This document shows, one piece after another, positions 25,310 through 33,751 of a DNA stretch of 52,953 nt (its first letter is position 1; each line of letters opens with the position of its first letter). Source of the DNA: a virus; IMG/VR virus record IMGVR_UViG_3300022919_000001, positions 1-52,953 of that record; one strand, 5' to 3'. Under the pieces are notes generated by a model that searched no databases, had not been told where the DNA came from, and worked only from the letters and a program-made list of their open reading frames with translations. The translations under genes were made by a program, and so were the position numbers.

Positions 25310-25789
25310 TTAACAGGTTTTTATATAATTATTGTATTCTTTAATGCGTCTATCGGTTAATCCACCAACAACAATCTTTTTACCATCTACAGTAGCCTTG
25401 TTCCACATTTTAAAGGCATCTAACAAAGGCTTTCCACTCACATACTGATTAACCAATCTCTGAACAGTAGATCCGTTAAAGCCGCCCGTACCTATATTAT
25501 AGGTAAGCGCAACAAGCGAGTTAAATTCATTCTGTTTAAGGTCGTCTCTAGTGGTTGAGTACACGCCGAGGCAATAGTTCTTAGCCATTAATCTAAACTG
25601 CCTGTAAGCCTCTGAAACGCTTGCTAATGGTTTATCCTGCATCGTTACTTTCTTACCTGTTTCTGGATAGTAAGTCATGCCTATACCAATAGTTGGTATT
25701 CCTGCCTTATCCCTATATGGATGCAGGACGCAACCCTCAAAATCGGCTATCAGTTTTACACCTGCATCATCTAATGTTTTTATTTCCAT
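25310..25789 (-). CDS. Endolysin, GH24 (T4-type) lysozyme
   Basis: DFEGCVLHPYRDKAGIPTIGIG contains the catalytic E, D and T pattern. Confidence 0.85.
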   Translation of the reverse strand: MEIKTLDDAGVKLIADFEGCVLHPYRDKAGIPTIGIGMTYYPETGKKVTMQDKPLASVSEAYRQFRLMAKNYCLGVYSTTRDDLKQNEFNSLVALTYNIGTGGFNGSTVQRLVNQYVSGKPLLDAFKMWNKATVDGKKIVVGGLTDRRIKEYNNYIKTC

Positions 25790-25944
25790 AAATCAATAAT
25801 AATCTTAGTCACTACTATAGCCACACTACCAAAAAACCAATAGCCGTATGTTTTCATTTGCTAATCCTGAATGCGAACCATACAGCAAAAACTATAAAGT
25901 CAAACAATACAATTATCGCTGTTCCATCCATAACACAAATGTAA

Positions 25945-26211
25945 CTATTTATCCTTCATTCTAATAAAACCGTACAATTGTATCATAACGATAAACATCG
26001 GTGCATTAAGGATAACCCGTGTTACCCATTCATCTAAATTAATCGACCATGTATAAGCTATTGCAGCCCCGCCGTACACCCATATTTTACTAAGGAATAG
26101 TCTGATAATCAATATTCGCAGTCTACCGTCCTTTGATCGCCAAAACTCGTACGCTATAAAGGCTGATAATAGGGCTATAACAATAAGAAATAATAAGGCA
26201 ATATCTTTCAT
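25945..26211 (-). CDS. Membrane protein (holin candidate)
   Basis: ORF track; three hydrophobic segments. Confidence 0.5.
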   Translation of the reverse strand: MKDIALLFLIVIALLSAFIAYEFWRSKDGRLRILIIRLFLSKIWVYGGAAIAYTWSINLDEWVTRVILNAPMFIVMIQLYGFIRMKDK

Positions 26212-26414
26212 CGTCTATTTTCTAAAAGTGTTTTTAAACCTGCTAATACATTGGTGTTTTCATTAATTACCCGGCTACTATCCTCAAACTGCTTTTCAGT
26301 AGTTTTTTTCCATTCTCCTCTTTCATCGCTATGGCGTTTCTCTATTCTCAAAACATACCACGCAAGTCCTGCAATTACAATTCCCTGTAGTCCGTATTGT
26401 GCGAGATCGTTCAT
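26208..26414 (-). CDS. Small membrane protein
   Basis: ORF track; one TM segment (GLQGIVIAGLAWYVL); 4-nt overlaps with both neighbours. Confidence 0.5.
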   Translation of the reverse strand: MNDLAQYGLQGIVIAGLAWYVLRIEKRHSDERGEWKKTTEKQFEDSSRVINENTNVLAGLKTLLENRR

Positions 26415-26692
26415 AATCTATTTCTCAATTCAAAAACAGCGTTGCCAAGCGTTTCTATCTTATCGCTAAGATTATCCAGTTTAGGTGCCATGCTTCTGCC
26501 TATCTCGTCTTGAACTATTGAGCGTATTGCGTTATCCCGTCCGTCTTTAATCAACCTAAATCCTAGATCAAGCCCTTTCCATCCTAATATAAGGGAAGTC
26601 CACACAACGGCGTTATCCTTTATCCATAACAGAAGATCTATGTACCAGTGATTAGGTGGGCTTGTCATTATATTATTCGTTAAATGCTTCAT
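26411..26692 (-). CDS. Small membrane protein
   Basis: ORF track; one TM segment. Confidence 0.5.
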   Translation of the reverse strand: MKHLTNNIMTSPPNHWYIDLLLWIKDNAVVWTSLILGWKGLDLGFRLIKDGRDNAIRSIVQDEIGRSMAPKLDNLSDKIETLGNAVFELRNRL

Positions 26693-27032
26693 GCCTTTTT
26701 CCTGAAATTAAAATCATTAAAGAGGTTACAAAAACCAAACCACAAAAGCATTCAATTAATTTGTAAGTATTAGTAACAGCCCCTTGATAATTTAAAATCA
26801 TAACGATAAAAATAGACATAATCGAAAGTAAACATATTTTTTTAAATTGCTGTAAGTACGGCTCGCCATTGTCACCTATCAAAAGGTAAAACAAGATCAA
26901 CGATGCATTAGGGGCGTAGTACATCGTCTTGCTATCCGTCCAGTTTACCTTATCCGTTTGCTGTAATAACATTGAGAAACAAACCCAAAGGCAATAGTGC
27001 AAAAGATAAGATATTGTTAAAACTGTTCTCAT
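26673..27032 (-). CDS. Multi-pass membrane protein
   Basis: ORF track 26673..27089. Start set at ATG 27032, which overlaps the stop of the upstream 45-aa ORF (ATGA). Confidence 0.5.
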   Translation of the reverse strand: MRTVLTISYLLHYCLWVCFSMLLQQTDKVNWTDSKTMYYAPNASLILFYLLIGDNGEPYLQQFKKICLLSIMSIFIVMILNYQGAVTNTYKLIECFCGLVFVTSLMILISGKRHEAFNE

Positions 27033-27166
27033 CCCGGATCTGCTACACATTCTTTTTTTTCTGCGTCCCAGTGGTATCCTGGAGAACATGTAACAGGCTC
27101 GTTTCCGTTTGTGGTCACTACCTTTTCTTCCTTTTTAGGTTCCTCTTTTTCGTTTTCGTTTGGCAT
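27029..27166 (-). CDS. Small acidic/Cys-containing protein (45 aa)
   Basis: Hand-called: MPNENEKEEPKKEEKVVTTNGNEPVTCSPGYHWDAEKKECVADPG. Confidence 0.35.
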   Translation of the reverse strand: MPNENEKEEPKKEEKVVTTNGNEPVTCSPGYHWDAEKKECVADPG

Positions 27167-27186
27167 GATATGTTTGTTTTAAAGTG

Positions 27187-30012
27187 TTAGTGTGCAACCC
27201 ATGTTGTACCATTATAAAAGACAGGGGTTACAATTGAGCCTCCACCAACTATCGTTACAAGGTATGATGGCGCTAAAGCATCTGTTACGTAAGTCATTTG
27301 GCCTACTACCCCTGTCGGCAATGTAGCTACTGTATATCCCCCCGCTTTAACAGGGGCGTTAAATATTGCACTTCCGTCACCGTATATTAAAGCCGCACCA
27401 GCACCCGCTGCGCTTCTTATATCAATAACTGCGTGTGTTGCGTCCCCTCCGCCAAATGTAGCAGCCGAACCCGAAGCGTTTGAATTTATTGACCTAAACG
27501 GCGCGGTGCCTGTAGAGGATGAGCTTATTAAAAGAGGGGTTGCACCTGTTAGGGTATTAGAAACGTTTGTATAGACCCCATTTGTTACTGTAGCAGCATT
27601 ACCGCCTATATTCAGTGCTGATGCTGTTCCAGTTAACCCAGTACCCGCACCGCTAAATGAGGTTGCTGTTACTGAACCACCAAAAAACGAATTGCCTCCG
27701 TTAACATATAAAGAATATGGATTAGTTATAGTAACATTCGTACTTGCAACAGGTGCCCCCGCAACATATAAAGTTGAAGCATTCGTGTATGTACTAGCCG
27801 CCCCTGCTGCTAAAGTAGGTATGCCAATACTTGAAGTAACACTATGCGCTATAGTTCCAGCGTCAGCAGAACGGGTAATAGTACCCGCAGCAACATTAAA
27901 TATGCGTCCTATAGTACTACTTGTTGCAATTGTACTAACAGTACCTCCAACACCAATAACCCCGCTTGTAGCACCACTACCGAAAAAATTACTTACACCT
28001 GCGGTCGTAAGGTTGGCGTTGTTATCTATTGTAAGTTTATTTGTTCCACCTATAGCAATAGTGCGCGGAGTTCCGCTGCCCCCGGCTTCAGTAAGAATTG
28101 TATAAACATTACTATTCCAAAAAGTCCTTACTCTTTCAAAATTTGTGGTTTGGTCAACAGTAAGGTAATTAGCTATACCTGTCGATGTTGAGCCAAACGT
28201 TAACGTATGCGTTGGTGGAAGAGTACTTGATTGTCCGCCGATGCCGATAAGACCTGCTGATGTGATGAATAAAGCTGTTGTAGACGCTGCCGCAGTTGCG
28301 CCGTTAACATTTAATGAAAGCGTTTTAGCGCTTCCAGATGAAAAAATAGCATTATTGTTGCTGTCATAACCAACCCACGCTCTTCCCTGAAAACTAATAA
28401 GGGACCCTGTATTGGTATTATCCCCTATAAATAAAGCACCATTAGTTGTAATGTTATTTGTGTTAACATGGATATTTGCAAGTGGTGTTGTTGTGTTAAT
28501 ACCTAAAGGAACTGTACTAAATAAGAACGTAGGAGCAACTCTAAATTTTTCAGAGCCGCTATTACCTATCTGAAATTTGTCGCCGGCAAAGTCAAAGTAG
28601 GCAAAATTTGATGCGTTTGAATGACCTGTCGAATACTTATAGTTTCCTAAATTATCGTATCCTGTTATCGCTGAATATCCATTAGTAGAAAGATTTTGAA
28701 TAGAGATTACCCCTGCTACTGATGAAGTATTAGCTTCTGTAAACTTATAGGGATGGGGTATCACACCTGTAGAGCCGCTACCAAAAATACCTGTTCCCGA
28801 AATAGCTAAGTTACCTACGTTTGTAAGGTTTTGGGCGTTTAGGTTAACTGGTCCAGATGCTAATGAATATGGTACATAACTCCCCAATATAGTTGACATC
28901 GGCGCAATCCTTGCAAACTCCCCACTTGATTTTTTAACGACTCCGCTATCTGTTAATGCTCCTGTATTAGTATTTGTATTAAATATTGGTGCTTTAAACT
29001 TTGCGCTTCCTGTTAAATAGGAATATTCCAAAGCGGATGTATAATCACTGCTTAATCCCGAAGCACCATACCTCAATAGCCTTAAATCATACCCATTGCT
29101 CTGCGTTTCTCTTGACCATGCCCATCTTGGTTTAGACACACTGGCACTGTCAATATAGAATATTTGAGTTGACCTATCAGTAGTTGCGCTTGTTAGACCT
29201 ATGTCGTTAAAGGCACCGCTACCCGCCCCTGGATTAAGCGCATGCGTACCTACTTTAATTGTTGGCAGGTTGAGTTGCCCTGTCATGGTATCACCTGCTT
29301 TTAGTACAGCTGTGGTATGTAAACTATCTGCGTAGCGTTTTGTAATTAAAGACCTTGCTGTAAAGTTAGCCTCATAGTCACCTGAATTTATTAATCCCTT
29401 ACTAAAAAAACGGTCATTAACAAAGGGTGGACCGTAAGGACTAAAATTTATGCCTTGATTAGTCCCGTTAGCGTCATTTTCTATACCTATATATACTTGA
29501 TTGGGGTTTAATGTAAGTCTACCTGACACAGTCCCGTTAGATGCTCTTCCCACAACTGTTTGTGCAGGAGGTGCTATATCCAATATAGCACTATTGGATG
29601 AATGATCTCCCAAAAGGATAAAATTACTTGCCGTTTCAGCCGTAAAAGCCCCCCCAACATATCCGCTACCTGTTATATTAAAATCAGCTGTTTGGGGGGT
29701 AGTGGTATTCTTAATAAAATTACCGCTCCCTATATAAACCCAATTAGCATTTGCAATACCCCCAACTAAAGTAAAGGTTGAATCTTTATTGCTGCTATAC
29801 TGCACCATCATACCTATCTTACGCCTTGCGGGGGTTATGGCATTACGGGTGGTGTAGTTGTAGGTTGTTGTATATCCACCTGCCTGTAATGAATCTAAGG
29901 TAACAGGATATGTATCAGCCGGGCCAATAGTTGTTACGTAGCCAGCTAAGGGCACTTGCGCCAAAGCGGCTGTACTTATAAATAGTGAGAGTATGAATAG
30001 TAGCTTTTTCAT
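27187..30012 (-). CDS. Tail-fibre-like protein (941 aa) with N-terminal Sec-type signal peptide
   Basis: Leader MKKLLFILSLFISTAALAQ. GDTMTGQLNLP fibre motif. C-terminal ..TVATLPTGVVGQMTYVTDA..GGGSIVTPVFYNGTTWVAH fibre-tip motif. Rich in G, S, T and N. Confidence 0.7.
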   Translation of the reverse strand: MKKLLFILSLFISTAALAQVPLAGYVTTIGPADTYPVTLDSLQAGGYTTTYNYTTRNAITPARRKIGMMVQYSSNKDSTFTLVGGIANANWVYIGSGNFIKNTTTPQTADFNITGSGYVGGAFTAETASNFILLGDHSSNSAILDIAPPAQTVVGRASNGTVSGRLTLNPNQVYIGIENDANGTNQGINFSPYGPPFVNDRFFSKGLINSGDYEANFTARSLITKRYADSLHTTAVLKAGDTMTGQLNLPTIKVGTHALNPGAGSGAFNDIGLTSATTDRSTQIFYIDSASVSKPRWAWSRETQSNGYDLRLLRYGASGLSSDYTSALEYSYLTGSAKFKAPIFNTNTNTGALTDSGVVKKSSGEFARIAPMSTILGSYVPYSLASGPVNLNAQNLTNVGNLAISGTGIFGSGSTGVIPHPYKFTEANTSSVAGVISIQNLSTNGYSAITGYDNLGNYKYSTGHSNASNFAYFDFAGDKFQIGNSGSEKFRVAPTFLFSTVPLGINTTTPLANIHVNTNNITTNGALFIGDNTNTGSLISFQGRAWVGYDSNNNAIFSSGSAKTLSLNVNGATAAASTTALFITSAGLIGIGGQSSTLPPTHTLTFGSTSTGIANYLTVDQTTNFERVRTFWNSNVYTILTEAGGSGTPRTIAIGGTNKLTIDNNANLTTAGVSNFFGSGATSGVIGVGGTVSTIATSSTIGRIFNVAAGTITRSADAGTIAHSVTSSIGIPTLAAGAASTYTNASTLYVAGAPVASTNVTITNPYSLYVNGGNSFFGGSVTATSFSGAGTGLTGTASALNIGGNAATVTNGVYTNVSNTLTGATPLLISSSSTGTAPFRSINSNASGSAATFGGGDATHAVIDIRSAAGAGAALIYGDGSAIFNAPVKAGGYTVATLPTGVVGQMTYVTDALAPSYLVTIVGGGSIVTPVFYNGTTWVAH

Positions 30013-30968
30013 TAGTTCGTTATAATTGTTGGAGTGGTAGCAGAAAATGTACTGTTAGATGTATACACGTTATAGTTTTGGGTGTATCCGTTAACGTTAG
30101 TAACCGAAACGACCGTTTTTGTAAATGCACCTATGCTTTCAAAACCACCCACCAAAATGGATGTTAAGTCACCTAATGAGGCTGCATAAGCGTAATACAC
30201 ATAATTGCTGCCGCTCGATGTAATTGTAAAGCCCGTATTTGCTTTGGCTCCATTAAGTTGTTTTTCGCCCCCTGCAACAGCAAGAATTATCGTATTATCA
30301 GGTGTTGCACTTGCTGATCTACCCCAATATCTACCGGGCAACCAAGTATCGGTAGTTGTGGCTATAGCTGTTTTACCATCCGATGTGGTAACGGTAAGCG
30401 TATAAGTCCGATTAGTATTACTTGGCGTTGTTACCGATTGAGTGCCTGAAACGGTTCCAGGCTGTGCAGGTTGAGAGCCAAAAACACTTAACGATCCGGG
30501 ACTAATAACTGCCGTACTTATTGTGGCTGTAGCCGCTTGCCTGCCATAACTCCACGAAAGACTGTGTGTCGCATCAGATACGCCTAACTCATAAGTTGTA
30601 CCCCCGCTTAATGATGCTGTAGGTACTTGTGTTTGTTTATATAATTGATAAAATACCTCTTGCGGCGTACCTGTTGTTACAACCTGCCCAACTGTCGGAA
30701 CACTGCTTACTGTCCATCCATTTACGGTGCCGCCTGCTGTTATAGCCGCCTGTGTTGCGGTGCCAATATAGTCATTAAACTGCTTCCCGGTAACCAGTTG
30801 AAAGTATTTGCCCAACGTAGTATTATACATCTGCACCTGTGTGCTATCCTTATACCGCCAACCAGTTGGCGTAAAGGCTGTTGAGCCGCTAATTTGCGTG
30901 GTTGAGTTTGTCGGTGCTTGCCCCAATGAAGCAAGGGGTAATAGGAGTAAGATTAAGAGTTTACGCAT
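30012..30968 (-). CDS. Thr/Ser-rich protein (318 aa) with Sec-type signal peptide, fibre-associated
   Basis: Leader MRKLLILLLLPLASLGQ. Its stop overlaps the start of the 941-aa ORF by 1 nt. Confidence 0.55.
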   Translation of the reverse strand: MRKLLILLLLPLASLGQAPTNSTTQISGSTAFTPTGWRYKDSTQVQMYNTTLGKYFQLVTGKQFNDYIGTATQAAITAGGTVNGWTVSSVPTVGQVVTTGTPQEVFYQLYKQTQVPTASLSGGTTYELGVSDATHSLSWSYGRQAATATISTAVISPGSLSVFGSQPAQPGTVSGTQSVTTPSNTNRTYTLTVTTSDGKTAIATTTDTWLPGRYWGRSASATPDNTIILAVAGGEKQLNGAKANTGFTITSSGSNYVYYAYAASLGDLTSILVGGFESIGAFTKTVVSVTNVNGYTQNYNVYTSNSTFSATTPTIITN

Positions 30969-31082
30969 ACGATTATGAATGTGGTTATAGCATATAGGTT
31001 GATTAAACCTGTTAGGTAGCCGAATGATTTAATAGCGAATTGCATATAGTGTAAAAATACACACACACCTACAAAGTATAAA

Positions 31083-31118
31083 AAAAAGTGTTGTGCTATT
31101 AAAAAATCACTAACTTTG
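31083..31118 (+). promoter_or_regulatory. Promoter with AAAAAGTGTTG element and TAACTTTG -7 box
   Basis: 11-mer at 31083-31093 and TAACTTTG at 31111-31118, 5 nt before ATG 31123. Confidence 0.5.
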
Positions 31119-31122
31119 TATT

Positions 31123-31293
31123 ATGCGTAAAAACAAAATTGAGGGCAGAATAGCCAATTCGGGCCGTAAAAAAGAGTTACAAAACCCTATAGTTGTAACT
31201 TTTAAAGTAGAAAAGGAAAAATTAACTGATGTTAGAAAGCGGCATGGCATAGGTTTAAACAGGCTTTTGAGAGATTTTTTCAATAAATTATAA
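31123..31293 (+). CDS. Small ribbon-helix-helix-like protein (56 aa)
   Basis: Hand-called: ..NPIVVTFKVEKEKLTDVRKRHGIGLNRLLRDFFNKL shows a beta-strand plus two helices pattern. Confidence 0.45.
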   Translation: MRKNKIEGRIANSGRKKELQNPIVVTFKVEKEKLTDVRKRHGIGLNRLLRDFFNKL

Positions 31294-31303
31294 TTATTTT
31301 TAT

Positions 31304-31341
31304 AAAAAGTGTTGCATTATTAAAAAGTAGTTGTATCTTTA
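31304..31341 (+). promoter_or_regulatory. Promoter with AAAAAGTGTTG element and TATCTTTA -7-like box
   Basis: 11-mer at 31304-31314 (TTG at 31312-14), a 19-nt spacer, then TATCTTTA at 31334-41. Confidence 0.5.
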
Positions 31342-31365
31342 CATCATAATCAAACAACACAAATT

Positions 31366-31665
31366 ATGAAAACTGAAATTGAAATATTCGACGTAACAGA
31401 AACCCGCAACGGTGTAAAAGTTGACTACTCATTGCAAGACGATAACGGCACCGCAAATGTTAACATGGTTATCTCTTATGAAAGTATTGAAAACTATATT
31501 GTTGAAAACCAACTAAACTTAGAAACTTTCACTAATTGGAAATATGTTTCTTTGGAGTGTGACGGACTTGATGAACGGGTTATACCTGTAGATGAATATC
31601 TTACCGAAAACCTGCGTGACGTTGTTAAGGATTATCTTACCACTAACCTACAGGAGGCCGCATAA
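31366..31665 (+). CDS. Hypothetical protein
   Basis: ORF track. Confidence 0.55.
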   Translation: MKTEIEIFDVTETRNGVKVDYSLQDDNGTANVNMVISYESIENYIVENQLNLETFTNWKYVSLECDGLDERVIPVDEYLTENLRDVVKDYLTTNLQEAA

Positions 31666-31820
31666 TGAAAACAACCTACTCTTGCCTAATAGAAATGCGT
31701 CAAAGTGCATTATGGGCTGTTGAAATGTGGTCTGCTATGGGTATTCAATCCGAAGCTATCCGCTACTACAAAATACTTAACCGAATCGAAAACGCAATGT
31801 TTAATTATAAAGGGGTATGA
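31665..31820 (+). CDS. Small hypothetical protein (51 aa)
   Basis: Hand-called; TAATG overlap upstream and ATGA overlap downstream. Confidence 0.4.
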   Translation: MKTTYSCLIEMRQSALWAVEMWSAMGIQSEAIRYYKILNRIENAMFNYKGV

Positions 31821-32071
31821 AAACAGTAACAGTAAGGGACTTTGACCCGAAAAAAGATTTGAAGCCTGAACAGATAAAGGCTTATGAATTAGGTGTAAAA
31901 GACACCATTAATAAATTCAATCAGAAAATAACATCAGATTGGTTTAATAATGAAATGATACAAAAAGAAGGTGAATCGCCTGAAAAATATCAGGCACGTT
32001 TAAGAGGTATGTGCGTTGAGTTGATGTGTTCCAATAGGGGTTACGCTTCTTGTTTTACCACTAACCTTTAA
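31817..32071 (+). CDS. Hypothetical protein
   Basis: ORF track. Confidence 0.55.
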   Translation: MKTVTVRDFDPKKDLKPEQIKAYELGVKDTINKFNQKITSDWFNNEMIQKEGESPEKYQARLRGMCVELMCSNRGYASCFTTNL

Positions 32072-32081
32072 CCCATAAGAT

Positions 32082-32399
32082 ATGAAAACGGAATTGAAAG
32101 TAGGCGACCAATTATTTGCAGATACGAGGTATCACGGTTTAGCCTTAGTAACTGTTGAAAGGTTAACAAAAACCACCGCTGTTTTAAGTGACGGCGAAAA
32201 GTTAGATAATCCAACATTTGACCATGTTAAGTCGAAAGGAAGCAGTGGCGGTTACATATCAACTTATTACAGGCTTATAACTGATAGCCTAAAAGAGCAA
32301 TACACCCGTCAAAATGCCCTTAGAAAAGTAAAGGCTATTAAATGGGATGATATTTCAACCGAACAACTATTAACTTTAATCACCACCCTTAACAAATAG
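32082..32399 (+). CDS. Hypothetical protein
   Basis: ORF track. Confidence 0.55.
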   Translation: MKTELKVGDQLFADTRYHGLALVTVERLTKTTAVLSDGEKLDNPTFDHVKSKGSSGGYISTYYRLITDSLKEQYTRQNALRKVKAIKWDDISTEQLLTLITTLNK

Positions 32400-32404
32400 T
32401 AAAT

Positions 32405-32605
32405 ATGGAAACGGAGTATAGTAATCAATTTTTACCACTTACAATAGTTGGTGACGATATAACCTTAATACGAGCAGCAGGTAACAGAAGCGGTACGATA
32501 GGGATAGAAGTTAAAATATCAATGGTAGACGGAGTTGATATAATGGTTCAATTATTAGAAAACTTTGGTGACGAATGGGTTCTTAGAATGGTTAAAGAAC
32601 TTTAA
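32405..32605 (+). CDS. Hypothetical protein
   Basis: ORF track. Confidence 0.5.
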   Translation: METEYSNQFLPLTIVGDDITLIRAAGNRSGTIGIEVKISMVDGVDIMVQLLENFGDEWVLRMVKEL

Positions 32606-32613
32606 TTAATTAT

Positions 32614-32781
32614 ATGAAAACAGAGATAACAACAAACAGTAAATATCCAGTTTTTATAGATTGGCAAGAGGATATGTTAGTTACTACTTCCGACAAAGGG
32701 CAAGAGGTAATATACGACAAATCCGAAGCCATCCAACTACGCAACTTTTTAAACCAACTTAATTTAGGAGAAGAAAAATAA
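32614..32781 (+). CDS. Small hypothetical protein (55 aa)
   Basis: Hand-called: MKTEITTNSKYPVFIDW... Confidence 0.4.
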   Translation: MKTEITTNSKYPVFIDWQEDMLVTTSDKGQEVIYDKSEAIQLRNFLNQLNLGEEK

Positions 32782-32783
32782 TT

Positions 32784-33215
32784 ATGTTAAAATCAGCAAT
32801 AATAAGAAAACAAGACAGAGACACCGCATTGATACTATCATTATTAGGACAGGGTGGCATACCAATAGAAGTTGAAACAGGTATTTATGAAAGCCCAAGT
32901 TTCAGCTTTGGTAACACTATTCAGAATGCCAAAGAAGATTATTTCGACTTTGAAGGTTTTGGCCCATATGGCGTATGTGACAATATAGACCAAGTTAAAG
33001 ATCGGTATTCAAAGTGGCTTAACAACCCCGAATTGGATTTCTGTATATCTTTTACTAAGGTATCAAAATCAGATCAGCCATCGGATGGCGGTTGGAGGTG
33101 GCATAAATGGGGTGAGTACATCGGAACTAAAGACCCTCAACATGAATACCTTTATGACGAAGGAAACCATATACAGGAAGTTTATGTTTATCATATTTAT
33201 CAGTTACTAACTTAA
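32784..33215 (+). CDS. Hypothetical protein
   Basis: ORF track. Confidence 0.55.
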   Translation: MLKSAIIRKQDRDTALILSLLGQGGIPIEVETGIYESPSFSFGNTIQNAKEDYFDFEGFGPYGVCDNIDQVKDRYSKWLNNPELDFCISFTKVSKSDQPSDGGWRWHKWGEYIGTKDPQHEYLYDEGNHIQEVYVYHIYQLLT

Positions 33216-33220
33216 ATCAT

Positions 33221-33343
33221 ATGGACTTACTATTCACCCTAACTGCCCTAATACTCGGCGTATTATTCAGAAAGCAAATCCGCTTTTACCTCGAAAAGAA
33301 CCCGAACGATGATAGCGATGTTAATTGGATGAAAGGGAAGTGA
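33221..33343 (+). CDS. Small membrane peptide (40 aa)
   Basis: Hand-called: MDLLFTLTALILGVLF... Confidence 0.3.
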   Translation: MDLLFTLTALILGVLFRKQIRFYLEKNPNDDSDVNWMKGK

Positions 33344-33348
33344 AATAA

Positions 33349-33466
33349 GCGGGGGTAGCTTAAGCCACAAGAGCATAAGGTAAGTGTACATTAGCCTTAC
33401 TATGGTAGTGGATGGCAGAGCAAGGCGGTTATGCCCAGTGTGAAAGTTCAAATCTTTCTCCCCGCT
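33349..33466 (+). tRNA. tRNA-like gene C (about 118 nt, non-canonical)
   Basis: Acceptor GCGGGGG/TCCCCGC, D arm GCTT-AAGCCACAA-GAGC, T arm GAAAG-TTCAAAT-CTTTC. The anticodon position holds a 10-bp hairpin with a GTAC tetraloop, followed by a 42-nt extra region. Confidence 0.45.
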
Positions 33467-33504
33467 CAAATTAAACAGGCACCCACCTGCTAAATGGGTA
33501 AAAT

Positions 33505-33646
33505 GGGGTAGTACATGGATGTTTTGGGCTGTAAGTAAGTGCGCAATGAACGCAGCCGAACGAAACGAAAAGCGGATTGATTACCTGCACGTAGTTTTGG
33601 AAACGTAGACACACAACGTTTTCGGGTTCGATCCCCGAGTACTCCA
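33505..33646 (+). tRNA. tRNA-like gene D (about 142 nt, non-canonical)
   Basis: T arm TCGGG-TTCGATC-CCCGA. 3' acceptor GTACTCC pairs with GGGGTAG at 33505 (one G:U pair, one mismatch). The interior is long and unassigned. Confidence 0.3.
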
Positions 33647-33688
33647 CACTATCGCCAAGGTAGTATAATTGTGTTTGGTTTAGGTTTA

Positions 33689-33725
33689 ACAGCGTGCCGA
33701 CTGCGAGAGGGAGCCGCTGTTTTTT
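33689..33725 (+). terminator. Terminator after the tRNA-like pair
   Basis: ACAGCG pairs with CGCTGT across a 20-nt loop, followed by T5. Confidence 0.45.
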
Positions 33726-33751
33726 AAAAGGAATTAATTAGAAATATAGAT

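Noticed and set aside
27692-28191. Antisense ORFs inside the 941-aa fibre gene. Similar antisense ORFs lie inside the tape measure (39441..41391), capsid (48013..49058), helicase, ATPase and TnpB genes.
   Set aside because: All are nested opposite long, well-supported genes. Their low-complexity translations are typical of the antisense of biased coding sequence.
33263-33469. 68-aa minus-strand ORF from the ORF track
   Set aside because: It is antisense to a plus-strand block and overlaps tRNA-like element C. It is most likely a chance ORF.
33505-33646. tmRNA (ssrA)-like element, suggested by the GGGG... 5' end and the T-arm plus ..CTCCA 3' end
   Set aside because: It is far too short (about 140 nt). 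I found no tag reading frame ending in the usual ..ALAA-stop in any frame.
33349-33646. tRNA fragments serving as attP for integration
   Set aside because: No tyrosine or serine integrase or excisionase module is recognisable anywhere in the genome. Each element also has both acceptor strands, not only a 3' half. This cannot be fully excluded without host genome comparison.
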